Assembly (NCBI RefSeq): GCF_006345805.1
Contig: NC_043017.1
Location: forward strand, 186,001 to 250,000
From: Octopus sinensis
Taxonomy: Eukaryota
DNA: 64,000 bases
Direction of reading: 5' to 3'
Positions 37,418 to 49,375 of this stretch are shown piece after piece; position 1 is the first letter of the stretch, and each line of letters starts with the position of its first letter. The notes beneath the pieces are model-generated. The model made no database searches, was not told the origin of the DNA, and saw nothing but the letters and a program-made list of their open reading frames with translations. The position numbers and the translations under genes were made by a program.

Positions 37418-37889
37418 CATTTGGGTGGGTGAGTGTGTTGTGTGTGTATGCATGCATAACTAAACTACAAATGTGTGGTTTATCTTATTTCCATGAATAT
37501 AAGATAATATTCCAAAAGTACCTACCAAATAAACTTACAACATTAACTTGGTCTAAAATTGTATAAAAATTCTATAAATTACCATTTATAGAATATTTAA
37601 CAGTATTAGTTTCCATTTAAATTCAATTGCTTCTTTCAAATGTTTAAATTTACTTATCTTAAACAAAACTCTCTTTCTCTCGCCAATTTTTTGTTTATTT
37701 GTTAATTGGATGCATTCATGTTGTTGCATAAACAATTAAGAGCACTTGCAGTACAGTTTGTAACTTTGAAAAAGGTTTTGTTTATTTATATATTTGGAGT
37801 TATTTTTACCAGTGGCTGTAAATTGTCCCTGTATCAATCTTGTAACTCATCATTTTAAACATATCACTTTATCACCCTCTCTCTCTCAC

Positions 37890-38345
37890 ACACACACACA
37901 TACATCCATGTAAATATATACACATCCAAATACATACATGACGGGGTCCTTTCTGTTTCCATCTACCAAATCCACTCCCAAGACTTTGGTCAACCCAATG
38001 CAGTAAAAGAAGACGTCTAAGATGTCATGCAATGGGACTGAACTCAAAACAACACAGTTGGAAAGCAACACGGTTCTAAACCATGCAGCAGCCATGCGTC
38101 ATTATAGGTGCACGCAAGCACACACACATAAATATGTGTGTGTGATATGACTCTCTAATTAATATAGATATACCGCCTGACTAGCACCCACTACACTCTC
38201 TGAGTGGTTGGCATTAAGAAGTTGCATCCAGCTGTAGAAACTGCCAGATCAAGATTGGAGCCTGGTGCAGCCATCTGGTTCAGTCAAATCATCCAACCCA
38301 TGCTAGCATGGAAAGAGGACATTAAACGATAATAATGATGATTAA
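37890..38345. mobile_element. Family 1 SINE 5' half (-) and family 3 SINE (+)
   Basis: CTACCAAATCCACT...GGGACTGAAC, then CACTACACTC...CATGCTAGCATGGAAAG. Confidence 0.7.
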
Positions 38346-38743
38346 CTCTTAATTACAATTTTAAAATGCACACACACAAATTTATATCCTTTTATTAGTT
38401 TTAAGTCACTTAACTTTGGCCCTGCTGGGGAAATACCTCCTCTGGTGGATTACATTGAACGCAGTTTTTATTGAATCAATCTTAGAAGAATGAATGGTGT
38501 AATGAGTCTGACAAGGGATTGAATTTAGTACCTTAACCACATTTAGAATTTAACCACACAATGCTAAGTCTGATGCTCAACCAGTTCTGCTAATAACCCA
38601 TCACAAATTAATAACTGAGAACTATATAGAAATGAAAGATAGAACAGATCACATCTTTCTCCATTACATTTGTGAGTTCTTTATTTCCTTGAAGATGATT
38701 GTAAACAATGTTAGTATGATTATTGTGATGTTCTGCATTTCAG

Positions 38744-38827
38744 GGCTGGTTGACTGATGCAGTTCCTTGGGGTCCCATGGCATATGAAGTTTTGAAAATT
38801 TTAGATATAACTAATAGGAACACTTGA
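38744..38827 (+). other. Candidate host exon (GWLTDAVPWGPMAYEVLKILDITNRNT*)
   Basis: Acceptor TTCTGCATTTCAG and a non-repetitive, protein-like translation. No homolog recognised. Confidence 0.25.
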
Positions 38828-39249
38828 ATTAATATATGCACTTGAAACAGCCGTAGATAAAGATATTGGTGTAGACATATACTTATAATGTATATACAAT
38901 CAAGGAATAACACTACCTGAGAAACTTATGATGGAAACTTTAAAACAAGGCTTTACTTAGAAGACCAGTGGATCACCAGACATGGTGCTTTGACTTGATT
39001 TGGTCTCTTCAGTGATAAATACCTTGAATATATCTTGAGTTAAGCCAAAATATGTTTGTTTTAATGTAGAAATCAGTGAACAAAACATTTACTGATTCAT
39101 GTGGAAGTTAGCCAAGCTACTATTAAAGTGACATGCACATTTGAATTAGTCTTATAATAAAAATATCAGGGTGTGTACACATTTATAATGCATGCACAAA
39201 TGTGGAATGGCACAAGCTGTGATATTTGTTCTCAGAGAAACTTATCTTT

Positions 39250-39810
39250 TATCTTGTTTCTGTCAGTAGACTGTGGCCATGCTGGAGCACCACCTTGAAT
39301 AATCTTTAGTCAAATGAATTGAAGCTAGCATTTATTTGTTATTTTTTTTTGTTTACGCCTAATACTTTTTCCATCAGTTTCTTTTGCTGAACCACTAAGC
39401 TACAGGAACATAAAACACCTGTTGTCCAAGAAGTGTGGTGGAGGGTGACAAACACAGACACAAAGAGATACACACACACGTGATTGCTAAATCCACAAGT
39501 TTTTATTCTCCCTCTGTTTATTTCCTCATGTTCCTTTTTGTTGAAGAGCACAGGCTTGAAAAGTAAAAGACTTTCTCACTTTCCTGAGCGTCAAACTATT
39601 ACACCTACTTGTTTATACACCTGTCTTCATCTTTTGTTTTTCTGTAAATTTAACCTATATAATATATATATATGCACATACAATGGGCTTCTTTTAGTTC
39701 CCATCTACCAGATCCACTCACAAGGCTTTGTTTCAGCCTGAGGCTATAGTAGAAGACATTCGCTCAAGGTGCCATGCAGTGGGACTGAACCTGCAGCCAT
39801 GTGGTTGAGC
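39250..39810. mobile_element. Family 1 SINE (-) halves flanking a family E HHR repeat (+, about 39490-39650)
   Basis: Family E motif UUGUUGAA-GAGC acag GCUU-GAAA at 39538-39561. Confidence 0.65.
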
Positions 39811-40076
39811 AGTGATGAGACTTTTGCATTAAAAACACATGACTTAGCTCAAAATACTGGTGTTTCATGAAATAAAGGTTTTCTACATGGTTTGGTATCA
39901 AAACAACAAGGACATTCTGAGTTAAGCAGAAAAATCACTTGTTCTGATACAAAAATTGGTAAATGAAGCATTTCCTGATTTGTGACAGCTAACGAGTTTA
40001 AAATTCAATTAATACAAGCAACTGAAGCAACCTTAGATCAAAATAATGTTGAATATACATATTTTTACTGTATGTA

Positions 40077-40292
40077 GAGGGTTGGCCAAAAGTCACCTGA
40101 CAGTACATCAAAACCATTTATTTATTAACAACTGAATGAATTTCATAAAAGCATCTAAATATGAAACATCATGGGAATTGTTCAAACTGAAGTCCTTCTT
40201 GAGTGACACATTTTTTTCATTCGAGTCAATACAGAATTACAGAATATTTATGGAATTTTGATTTAATGCCGGGTGACTTTTGGCCAACCCTG
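40077..40292. mobile_element. Tc1/mariner-type MITE with about 23-bp TIRs and TA TSD
   Basis: TA-GAGGGTTGGCCAAAAGTCACCTG ... CGGGTGACTTTTGGCCAACCCTG-TA. Confidence 0.9.
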
Positions 40293-40558
40293 TACATATG
40301 CTGTCAAAACATATGTAAGTCTGTATCTATATATATAAATGTGAATTAAAGATAATGCTAACACTACTTTGTCATAATCCTTAAGAAACTGCACCAGTGC
40401 TATAGTAGGGTTGCAATTGTAATGGTTACTAATCAATGCAGTAGAAACGTGTAGGTCTGCTTGGAGCTGGATGTATATAAAAAGGAATTAAAAGTAATGC
40501 TAACACTACTTGTAATAATCCTTATTATTATTATTATTATTATCATTTTTATTGAGAT

Positions 40559-40643
<85 letters not shown>

Positions 40644-40652
40644 TATATTCAG

Positions 40653-40706
40653 ATGAATATGGTACTTATGTTGAGGCACCAGAATTCAGTACAGTATTAT
40701 CCATTG
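40653..40706 (+). other. Candidate 54-nt phase 1-1 host exon (DEYGTYVEAPEFSTVLSI)
   Basis: TTTATATTCAG acceptor, GTAAAA donor and an open, protein-like frame. Confidence 0.35.
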
Positions 40707-40935
40707 GTAAAACATGTTCTTTGTCTATCTCCTTATCCTCTTGGAGAATTTAGATAAAATTATACTAATGTGTCCTTCTAATTTAATTAAATTCTATGTC
40801 TTTGTGCAGCTATGTCTTTGTACATTTTAAATTGATGTAATGAAATGATTGCATTCTTCAATTAAATAGAGTCGCATGAAACAATCATACTGCATTACCT
40901 CTGGATATCCTTGTTGCTTATTTTGATTATATATA

Positions 40936-41200
40936 TCTATATATATAAAACTCAACTTGTGTGTATCTGTGTGTGTGTGTCTGTGTGTTTAACTTCCCGG
41001 CACATCTCCTCCTAGCCAACAAATCGTAGAACCACCAAAAATGGGTCACTTAAAGTTTAGGCGAATGAAAATTGAACTGCGCTATTTCTGTTCCGAAATT
41101 CATCTTGCAAGTGCAAAAATCGATAATGTGTTTGTTTAGGCCTTATCCCATGCATTGAATAGTGAACTTTACTCAGTCAGACATGAACTGTGTTCACCAC
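40936..41200 (+). mobile_element. Non-autonomous Helitron-like 5' portion
   Basis: A|TCTATATATATAAAA start followed by a (GT)/(GTCT) microsatellite; no CTAG end found. Confidence 0.45.
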
Positions 41201-41289
41201 ACCTGCAAGCATGCGTAAATTGCATGAAATATATATATAAATTAGAAAAATAAAATATATATATATATATATATATACGTGTTTGTGTG

Positions 41290-41490
41290 TGTGTACCTGT
41301 GTTTGTCACTGCCAACATTGCTTGGCAACCGATGCTGGTGTGTTTACATCCCTGTAACTTAGTGGTTCGGCAAAAAAGAGACCAATAGAATAAGTACTAG
41401 GCTAACAAAGAATAAGTCCTGGGGTTGATTTCTTTGACTAAAGGTGGTGCTCCAGCATGGCCGCAGTCAAATGATTGAAACATAAAAGAA
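41290..41490 (+). mobile_element. SINE family 1, 3' half
   Basis: AAAGGTGGTGCTCCAGCATGGCCGCAGTCAAATGATTGAAAC. Confidence 0.8.
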
Positions 41491-41514
41491 TATGTATATG
41501 TGTGTGTGTGTATA

Positions 41515-41902
41515 TATATATATAAAGCAGAAGTTGTCTGTGTATGGCAGGCTTGGTAGCCTTTAACTAACAGTATCTCCTCCGAGACCCTGCAGCGCAA
41601 GTTAACCAAAATTGAGAGTATGCTAGAAGAAGGCTTGCTCTTCATTCCATAGAAGAAAAAATTCAAATCGGGCCATGTTAACACCAAAAATTATTTACAT
41701 CAAAAAGGTGCTTTTTTTCTATGAAAATCCCTATTTTTTACAATTTTTTGACTTCTGTGTTGCCATTTTTCGGTGTATTTCAACCAGAAAAATGTTCACT
41801 TAAAGAGAATAACAAGCTACATAATGCAAAACTTTTAGTTTTCAAAAATTCAAATTCTAAAGGGTCGAAACAAACCCAAGCAACGCCGGGCAATACTGCT
41901 AG
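41515..41902 (+). mobile_element. Non-autonomous Helitron
   Basis: TATATAAAG start; 3' GC-rich hairpin CCCAAGCAACGCCGGG then CTAG|T at 41899-41903. Confidence 0.75.
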
Positions 41903-42420
41903 TATATATATATATATATATATAAACAGTGGGATGGTACTAGTTGTAACATTTTGTCTCAGAATAAGCTTCTCAGAGACTTTTGCATTAAAAATACTTA
42001 GATACATGGATTCAAATGCATTAAAAATACTTAGATACAGGGAATTGCCAGATATGTGATCCAGCTTGATTTTTAGTCTCTCCAGTGATAAACATCAAGG
42101 ATGTCCTGAGCTAAGCCAATAAACGTCTTATTCCAATATAGAAATCAGTAAACATTTCTTACTGATTTATGCTGATTCTAGCCAGGTCGGGAAACTAGAC
42201 AGACAGCCAGCCAGATAGAGATATGGTTTGTCAACATGATTTGGTTTCATCCATGACAAATAGCGGGGACATTCTGAGTTCAGAAAAACACTTGTTTCTA
42301 TATAGAAATTGGTTAATGAAACATTTACTGATGTGTGTGACAGCTAGCCAGTTTAGAACTAATATATGTCTTGAAATAGTCTTAGATTAAAATAATATTA
42401 AGTATACACATTTTTACTAC

Positions 42421-42663
42421 TGTGTCTGTGGAGAGCCATTTTCTTTTTGTGCCTTATAATTTAACACATTCACCGGTAAAATTTCCACTTATTTTTATTT
42501 CCCTTAAATTTTCGTTGTGTCTTGCAATCTTTTCAAGAGTGAAGACTATTTAAAAGGATGCAAGACGCAACGAAAAATTTTAGGAAAATAAAAATAAGTG
42601 GAAATTTTACCGGTGAGTGTGTTAATTATAAGGCACAAAAGAAAATGACTCTCCCCAGACACA
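42421..42663. mobile_element. Long hairpin (MITE-like) with about 110-bp arms
   Basis: TGTGTCTGTGGAGAGCCATTTTC ... GAAAATGACTCTCCCCAGACACA, pairing inward to a loop of about 20 nt. Confidence 0.9.
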
Positions 42664-42754
42664 ACAAAATATGCTTCAACACACGAACTCATATAAAGAA
42701 TCTTGCAAACCAAATCAAAAAACGAAACATTTTTACTATATATATATAGTGACC

Positions 42755-42935
42755 TCGTGTGTACCGTTGGCGATTTTTTTTCCTCTGCCTTCCCTTCTCT
42801 GGATCTTTCCTTCTATGTTTCCGCTGAAGAGCTCCGCTCAAAACGTTAAACCCTCCTTCTTTCCTGAGCATCCAATAATACTATATTTGTTCCACGTCCT
42901 TATGTTGCTGTGTTTTTTTGTGCTTTCTTGTTTGG
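42755..42935 (+). mobile_element. Family C HHR repeat; motif at 42817-42851
   Basis: GUUU-CCGCUGAA-GAGC ucc GCUC-AAAAC GUU-AAAC. Confidence 0.7.
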
Positions 42936-42937
42936 AT

Positions 42938-42982
<45 letters not shown>

Positions 42983-43429
42983 GTACAAACAATGGAATGG
43001 TACTAGCTGCAATATTTTGTCTTAGAGAAACTTCTCATAGACACTTTTGCATTAAAAATACATGGGTACATGGATTCACCCAGAGTACCAGAGGTGCATC
43101 AGATATGTGTTTCAACTTGACTTTTACTCTCCTTAGTGATAAACACCGAGGATGTTCTGAGCTAAACCTAGAAACAGTTATTCCAATATAGAAATCAGCA
43201 AACGTAACTTATTGCTTTATGCCACTGATTCTAAGCCAAGCAGAATACTAGACAGCCAACCAGCCAGCCAGATAGAGACAAATACAGACACACAGACAGA
43301 AAGACTTGATATTACATGATTACAATGGCAGACATTTAGAGAGTTAATGAGAAAGAAAAGTGGTTTTAATAACAGAAGCCATGTTGGTGTATTATATGAT
43401 TGATTGAAGTTGAAAGTTTCCTCTCTCAG

Positions 43430-43458
43430 ATGCTACACAAACAGTGCTAAACAGTTAA
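43430..43458 (+). other. Candidate terminal exon (DATQTVLNS*), phase-compatible with 40653-40706
   Basis: Strong acceptor TTTCCTCTCTCAG, but very short. Confidence 0.2.
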
Positions 43459-43744
43459 ACGGCTTTTATTTGATCTCATTCTATGTTGTTTTATCTAGTT
43501 TTAAATGTTTTATATGCAGTGGAAATAAGTGGAATACTTTGAAACTGAAGACTAGTTTCAGTGGCAGTGTTTGTTAGCGCATAAAGGAAATAAGAAGAAC
43601 AACAAACACAAACAAGGTCAAGTGTATCTTTTGCCTATCATTCTTTTTGGTGTTAAAAAAGTACCAGCCAACTAATGGGGTCAATGTAACTGACTTATCT
43701 CCCCCCCCCCCGCCAAATTTCAGGCCTAAAGTAGAAAGGATTGT

Positions 43745-44010
43745 GAGGCAATAGATGTGGTCTGTTGAGGTTTTTTGTGGGGGTATTCATTCTTGAAAGC
43801 TTGGGGATCCTGGTGCAGCAAAGAGGAAGGCTATAAATTCCATCACTGAAACTGCAAAGAGGGCCAATAGGTGACTTTGGATCAAGAGGGTGGAACAGTG
43901 GGGTGTTGCTATTAGGATGCAAGCTGGGTCAACAGGGCGAGGGTTCTGATACTGAAAGGCCTGAAGCCCCCAGAAACATCACTGACAATGCATCCCAGTG
44001 CATTTGAAAG
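43745..44010 (+). pseudogene. HERO-like RLE non-LTR element, C-terminus and 3' UTR
   Basis: KLGDPGAAKRKAINSITETAKRANR*LWIKRVEQW, followed by a UTR containing CCCCAGAAACATCACTGA. Recognised from memory of HERO elements. Confidence 0.7.
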
Positions 44011-44039
44011 ATGTATTTTAGCACTAAATTTTCTTTCTT

Positions 44040-45766
44040 ACTCTAGGCACAAAACCCGAACTTTTTGTGGAGGGGGCCAGTTGATTAGATCAACCCCAGT
44101 ACACAAACGGTAATTTATCGACCCCGAAAGGATGAAAGGCAAAGTTGATCTCAGTAGAATTTGAACTCGGAACATAAAAACAGATGAAATATCACTAAGC
44201 ATTTCACCTGGCATGCTAACATTTCTGGCAGCTTACCGTCTTAAAACTAAATATTAGTATTATTTAGAGTGGTGAAGCGTTGGCACTGGGAAAAATGCTT
44301 AGAAGCATTTTGTTTGTCTTTACTCACTGAGTTCAAATTCTACCATCTTTCATACTTTCAGTGGGGCGGTGGGAGGGGGGTAATAAAATAAGTACCAGTT
44401 GAACTCTGGGGTTGATGTAATTGACTTATCTTCTCCACTGTGGCAAAATTTGAAATCAACATTAGAATAATTTTTTTTCGCAGTTACAGCAGTGAACTCG
44501 CAGTATGATTAGAAAGTCAGAAAAATTGCAAAGTGATATTGGTTCCTGCTCTGTACATTCTGAGATCTGATCATGCCAAGGTCATTTAGCTTTTCATTCT
44601 TTTCAGATCAATATAATAAAGTACCTAACATATACTGGGGTCAGTGATATCAACTAATTCCCCTCCCCTCAAAATTACTACCTTTTGCCAAAATTTGAAG
44701 TAGTCATGTAGCAATGTCTTGAAGAATTTTTAGTCAAGTGAATTGACCCCAGTGCATTCTTTTTTTTTTAAAGCCTGGTTCCCTATATTGGTCTCTTTCA
44801 AAGAACTGTTATGGAGATGGAAACAAATCAACTCCAGTTGTCAAGCAGTAATCGAGGACAAACACACACGGGTTTCTTTCAGTTTCTCTCTACCAAATCC
44901 ACTTATGAGGCTTTGCTTGGCCTGAGACTATAGTAGAAGAGTGGGAATGAAGCCAGAAGCATGTGGCTGCGAAGCAAGCTTCTTACCACACAGCCATGCC
45001 TGTGCCATGCATATGGCTACTTTCCTTTACAAACTTTCAAATCCTACCTGGATTCACTTTGCTTTTTCTGCTTTCAAGGTGAACACTATTATTTATGCGC
45101 CCTTTCCAAGCCCAGCCAGGCTCATGGGCTTGGTTTCCCGGTTTCTATGGCCTATGCATTCCCCCCAGCTGGACGGGACACCAGTCCATCGCAGCGTTAC
45201 TCAAGAAACAGGAAGAGAGAGTGAGAGAAAGTTGTGGCGAAAGAGTACAACAGGGGTTGCCATCACCCCCTGCCAGAGACTCTTGAAGCTTTAGGTGATC
45301 CTTTGACTGCAAATCCACTGCCCTAACCACTGGGCCATTGCGCCTTCACATTTCAAGGTGACCACAATTATATAAATATCAAAACAAAAGCTGATGTCCA
45401 AAAAAATAATGTTGGTCGATCAGGAAAGGTGGGATTACGATAATTGTCTCAAAGAAGTTGACAGAGAAGTAGACTGTGATCGGCATGGTGCTGCAGCATG
45501 GCCACAAAAGAAAGAACAATGGAATGACTGTAGTAAAAATATAAAGGAGAGAGAGAGAGTGAAAGAGAGAGAAGGGTAAACGAGCAAGATGATAATGGAG
45601 GTAGGAGGAATGGGTATGAAAAGGTGAGTGAGGAGAGGAGTGAGGTGGAGTCACTGAATGGTTAAGAAGCCTGCTTGGGGGTCAGTCTCGCGTCTGCTAC
45701 TAAAACCTCAGGCTGACCAAAGCCTTTTGAGTGGATTTGGTAAACGGAAACTGAAAGGTACCTGCC

Positions 45767-45807
<41 letters not shown>

Positions 45808-46075
45808 GGTGAATGTATGCACATGTGTGAGAGAGTGTGATTGTGTATGCGTGTTCATGTGCGTGTGTGTATGTCTCACTTGTGTTTATGTTTACACCAC
45901 CACCACTTGACAACAAGTGTTGGTTTGTTTACATCCTCTTAGTGGTTCAGCAAAATGATATCAACACAATAAGAAGCAGGCTTAAAAATAGGTTACTGGG
46001 GTCAATTTGATTGTTTCAAGGTGGTGTTCCAGCATGGCCACACTTCAATGAGAGAAATAAGTAAAAGATTACAAT
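44040..46075. mobile_element. SINE cluster: three family 2 copies, family 1 (-) at about 44700-44995, family 4 (-) at about 45130-45348 and family 1 (+) at about 45650-46075
   Basis: Diagnostic family motifs repeated elsewhere in the window. Confidence 0.7.
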
Positions 46076-46322
46076 AAAGAATGGCAGTGGGAGGCGTAGG
46101 AGTGAGAAGGGGAGTGACAAGGAGGAGGAGGAAGAAAGAAAGAGAGAGGGAGTCTATTCTTAGATTTTTGTGAGAGTAGCAAAAGCTAAATTTGGTAGTT
46201 CTTGAAAATGGTAAATAGCAGCGGAAGTGGTTAGTTTAGTTACTGCAGAAACGCTTGTTGCTTTTTAATGCCACTGAAAACACTCACCACATGGAGGCAG
46301 ACACCACATGGAGGCAGACACC

Positions 46323-46392
<70 letters not shown>

Positions 46393-46946
46393 ACCTGTAC
46401 ACACACAGTGACACACATGATGCAAACATATAGAAATGCAAATCAAACACACACACACACAAATATATATACATATGTATGTGTATTTATATATACATAC
46501 ACTTATATAAATAGATAGATAGATAGATGGTTAGATACATATTAGCAACCACATACCCATACACACACATACATATATGCGCATATATGTGTATGTTAAT
46601 ATACATGTGTGAGTGTGTATGTATAAATACTCACACACACACACACACACACACACATTAAACACTTTTGGCATGCAAATTAGGGATTCCTTCATAGAGT
46701 TACTGCTACATTTGTTGGGCATATAAACAGTTTGGCTGCTTGTTTCCCTGGAGGCTGTCAGGATTATGTGGACGCCCCTCACGAGAACCCAATAAGGTTC
46801 GAAAAATCGATTAAGGTTTTTTCATTATCTTTTCAGTCTGCAGAGAAATAACTAAAATTTGCCCTGTTTATAATTATACCATATGTTATATACATAATGC
46901 ATGCACCCAAATACATACATACATACATACCTATATATATATATAT

Positions 46947-47252
46947 ATCACCGTGATCACTGTGACCGACCAGGCTATCAGATGTTGCTACACATCACTG
47001 GTCACAATGCGTTTCGCATTGTTTTAACCTTCAAATGATGCCACTCCACTGGCTAAGCGAGCAGGCCAACAGAAGAGTGAGAGAAAGTTGTGGAGAAAGA
47101 GTGCAGCAGAGTTCGCCACCACCCCCAGCTGGGGCCTCGTGGAACTTTAGGTGTTTTCGCTCAAAAAACACTCACAACGCCCGGTTGGGAATCGAAACCA
47201 TAATCCTACAACCGTGAGTCCGCTGCCCTAACCACTGGGCCATTGCGCCTCC
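46947..47252 (-). mobile_element. Complete tRNA-derived SINE, family 4
   Basis: Minus head GGAGGCGCAATGGCCCAGTGGTTAGGGCAGCGGACTC...GGTTTCGATTCCC with A and B boxes. Confidence 0.85.
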
Positions 47253-48182
47253 ATACATATATATGTTGTCTTTTAGAATATCATTGGGGAGGGGGCTAAA
47301 CCGATTACATGAACCTCAGTGTTCAACTGGTACTTATTTCATCGACCCCAAAAGGATGTAAGGTAAAACTGACCTCAGCAGAATTTGAACTCAGAATGTA
47401 AAAGTGGGTGAAATGCTGCTCAGTACAGTACCTAGTGTGCTAACGATTCTGCCAGCTAACCAGGTTATGAAAGCTATAAATAAAAGCATGCAAATACTAG
47501 CTTGCTTCTTTAAAAGTTTATAAAATTCTTGACATCAACAAGATATATATATATTTAATAAATAAATAAATAAAACATATGCATATATACATACATATAT
47601 GTACGTACTCGTACCTACCTCTACATGTATATATACATGCATATATGGGTATAGGACACCAAAAAAAAATGTTGAACACAATGAGAAATGAAAGCATAAA
47701 CACAAAACCAAGGAACTGGACATTTTTCTTAAACAACGATAAAATAGAGTACAGGACGAATAACACAAGGAAAATTCCCCTTCTTCAGTCGCCATGGTTT
47801 CATCTACTCTGCGTTTCGAAGGTGAAGGCGATGCGCATCTTCGATTGAAACTTTCCTTCCCGCGGAAAGCAAATTAAATAAAATTTGAGATCTTTTTGCA
47901 GAGGGGTAAAAATGGTAACAAAAACAGGACAGTAACGACAGTACAAAATATAAACAGTAAAAGACAGGACAAGGAGAATAACAAGATAGATAAAATTATA
48001 TTGGATTTTACTCATAAGGTATTGGAATATTATATGTATAGCATTCTACCTAAAAAAATGGATCTACAAATGCAATATCCCTACATATCTCACATCTATT
48101 TTCTTTTTATTTCCTCCACTTCACTCTCTATTTTATATCTTATCCAAATAAACTATTTCTTAACCATACTCTCACACCCTCA

Positions 48183-48226
48183 CTGATGAAGGGATATAAT
48201 AAATATCCTGGAAACAGCTGTAAGAC
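48183..48226 (+). ncRNA. Minimal hammerhead with intact core (family B-like); stem I decayed
   Basis: CUGAUGA-A GGGAUAU aauaa AUAUCCU G-GAAAC AGCU GUA-AGAC; the tail CAGCCTTGGT is shared with 5205-5215. Confidence 0.75.
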
Positions 48227-48309
48227 CTTCTATCTATAAATGTTCTAAAATCTACACAGCCTTGGTCTTTTATCTCATTACAAAATAAAATTTATATATA
48301 TATATTGGC

Positions 48310-49010
48310 ATCCGTGCTAGTGGAGCACTAAGAGCACCATCTAAGCATGATTGTTACTAGGGCTGCTGACTGGGCCCCATGCCCATGGCACGTAAAAAGC
48401 ACCATTCGAGCGTGATCATTACCAGCGTTGCCTAACTGACACTTGTGCTGGTGGTACATGAAAAACAACATTCGAGCGAAGGCATTGCCAGTGCCACTAT
48501 ACTGGCTCCTGTGCAGGTGGCACATAAAAAACACCATTTGAGCATGGCCATTGCCAGTACCGCCAGACTGGCCCTCATGCCGGTGGCACATAAAAGCACC
48601 CACTACACTCTCGGAGTGGTTGGCATTAGGAAGGGCATCCAGCTGTAGAAACTCTGCCAGATCAGATTGGAGCCTGGTGCAGCCATCTGACTCACCAGTC
48701 CCCTGTCAAACAGTCCAACACATGCCAGCATGGAAAGTGGACATTGAACGATGAGGATGGTGATGATATAGTTGAAATGTATATATATGTGAAAATAAAT
48801 GTGGTGTGACATAAAAAGCACCTTTACTGGTGCTGTGTAAAAGCAGCCAGTACTCTTGTAAAATGGGTTGGTCTTAGGAAGGGCATCCAGCTGTAGAAAG
48901 CATGCCAAAGCAGACATGGGGCCTGAACAGCCCTTCAACTGGTCAGCTCTTGTCAAATCATCCAACCCATTCCAGCATGGAAAACAAATGTTAAATAATG
49001 ATGATGATGT
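48310..49010 (+). mobile_element. Two family 3 SINEs
   Basis: GGCACATAAAA repeats, GGAAGGGCATCCAGCTGTAG and (GAT)n tails. Confidence 0.8.
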
Positions 49011-49132
49011 ATATGTATGTATACACACGCACACACATATATATTAATAATAAAATGGTAAAATTAATTAATTAATTTATAATTTTACCAAGTAGATCGG
49101 TATGTTAAACTTTTTAGGCAAAATTATACAAA

Positions 49133-49375
49133 TATTCTATAATTGTAAACATAATTATAATTAGGGGTCAGCTAATTGCTTCACCACCGACTGAATTTAG
49201 AAATAGGAGTTAAAAATTCCTTTTCTACTACAGTAAGAATCTCCCAGGCAGTAACACACTTTTTATTTATTTTTTTACAGTAGTAGAAAAGGAATTTTTA
49301 ACTCCAATTTCTAAATTCGGTATGCGAAGCAGTTAGCTGACCCCTAATTATAATTAAGCTTATAATTATAGAATA
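49133..49375. mobile_element. Fold-back/MITE with about 100-bp inverted arms
   Basis: 49133-49231 versus 49280-49375, e.g. TAATTAGGGGTCAGCTAA / TTAGCTGACCCCTAATTA. Confidence 0.9.

Noticed and set aside
47770-47860. HHR-like pieces on the minus strand (TTCGAAACGCAGAGTA and CTGAAGAAGGGG)
   Set aside because: Could not be folded into a consistent type I, II or III topology by hand; it remains an unclassified repeat.
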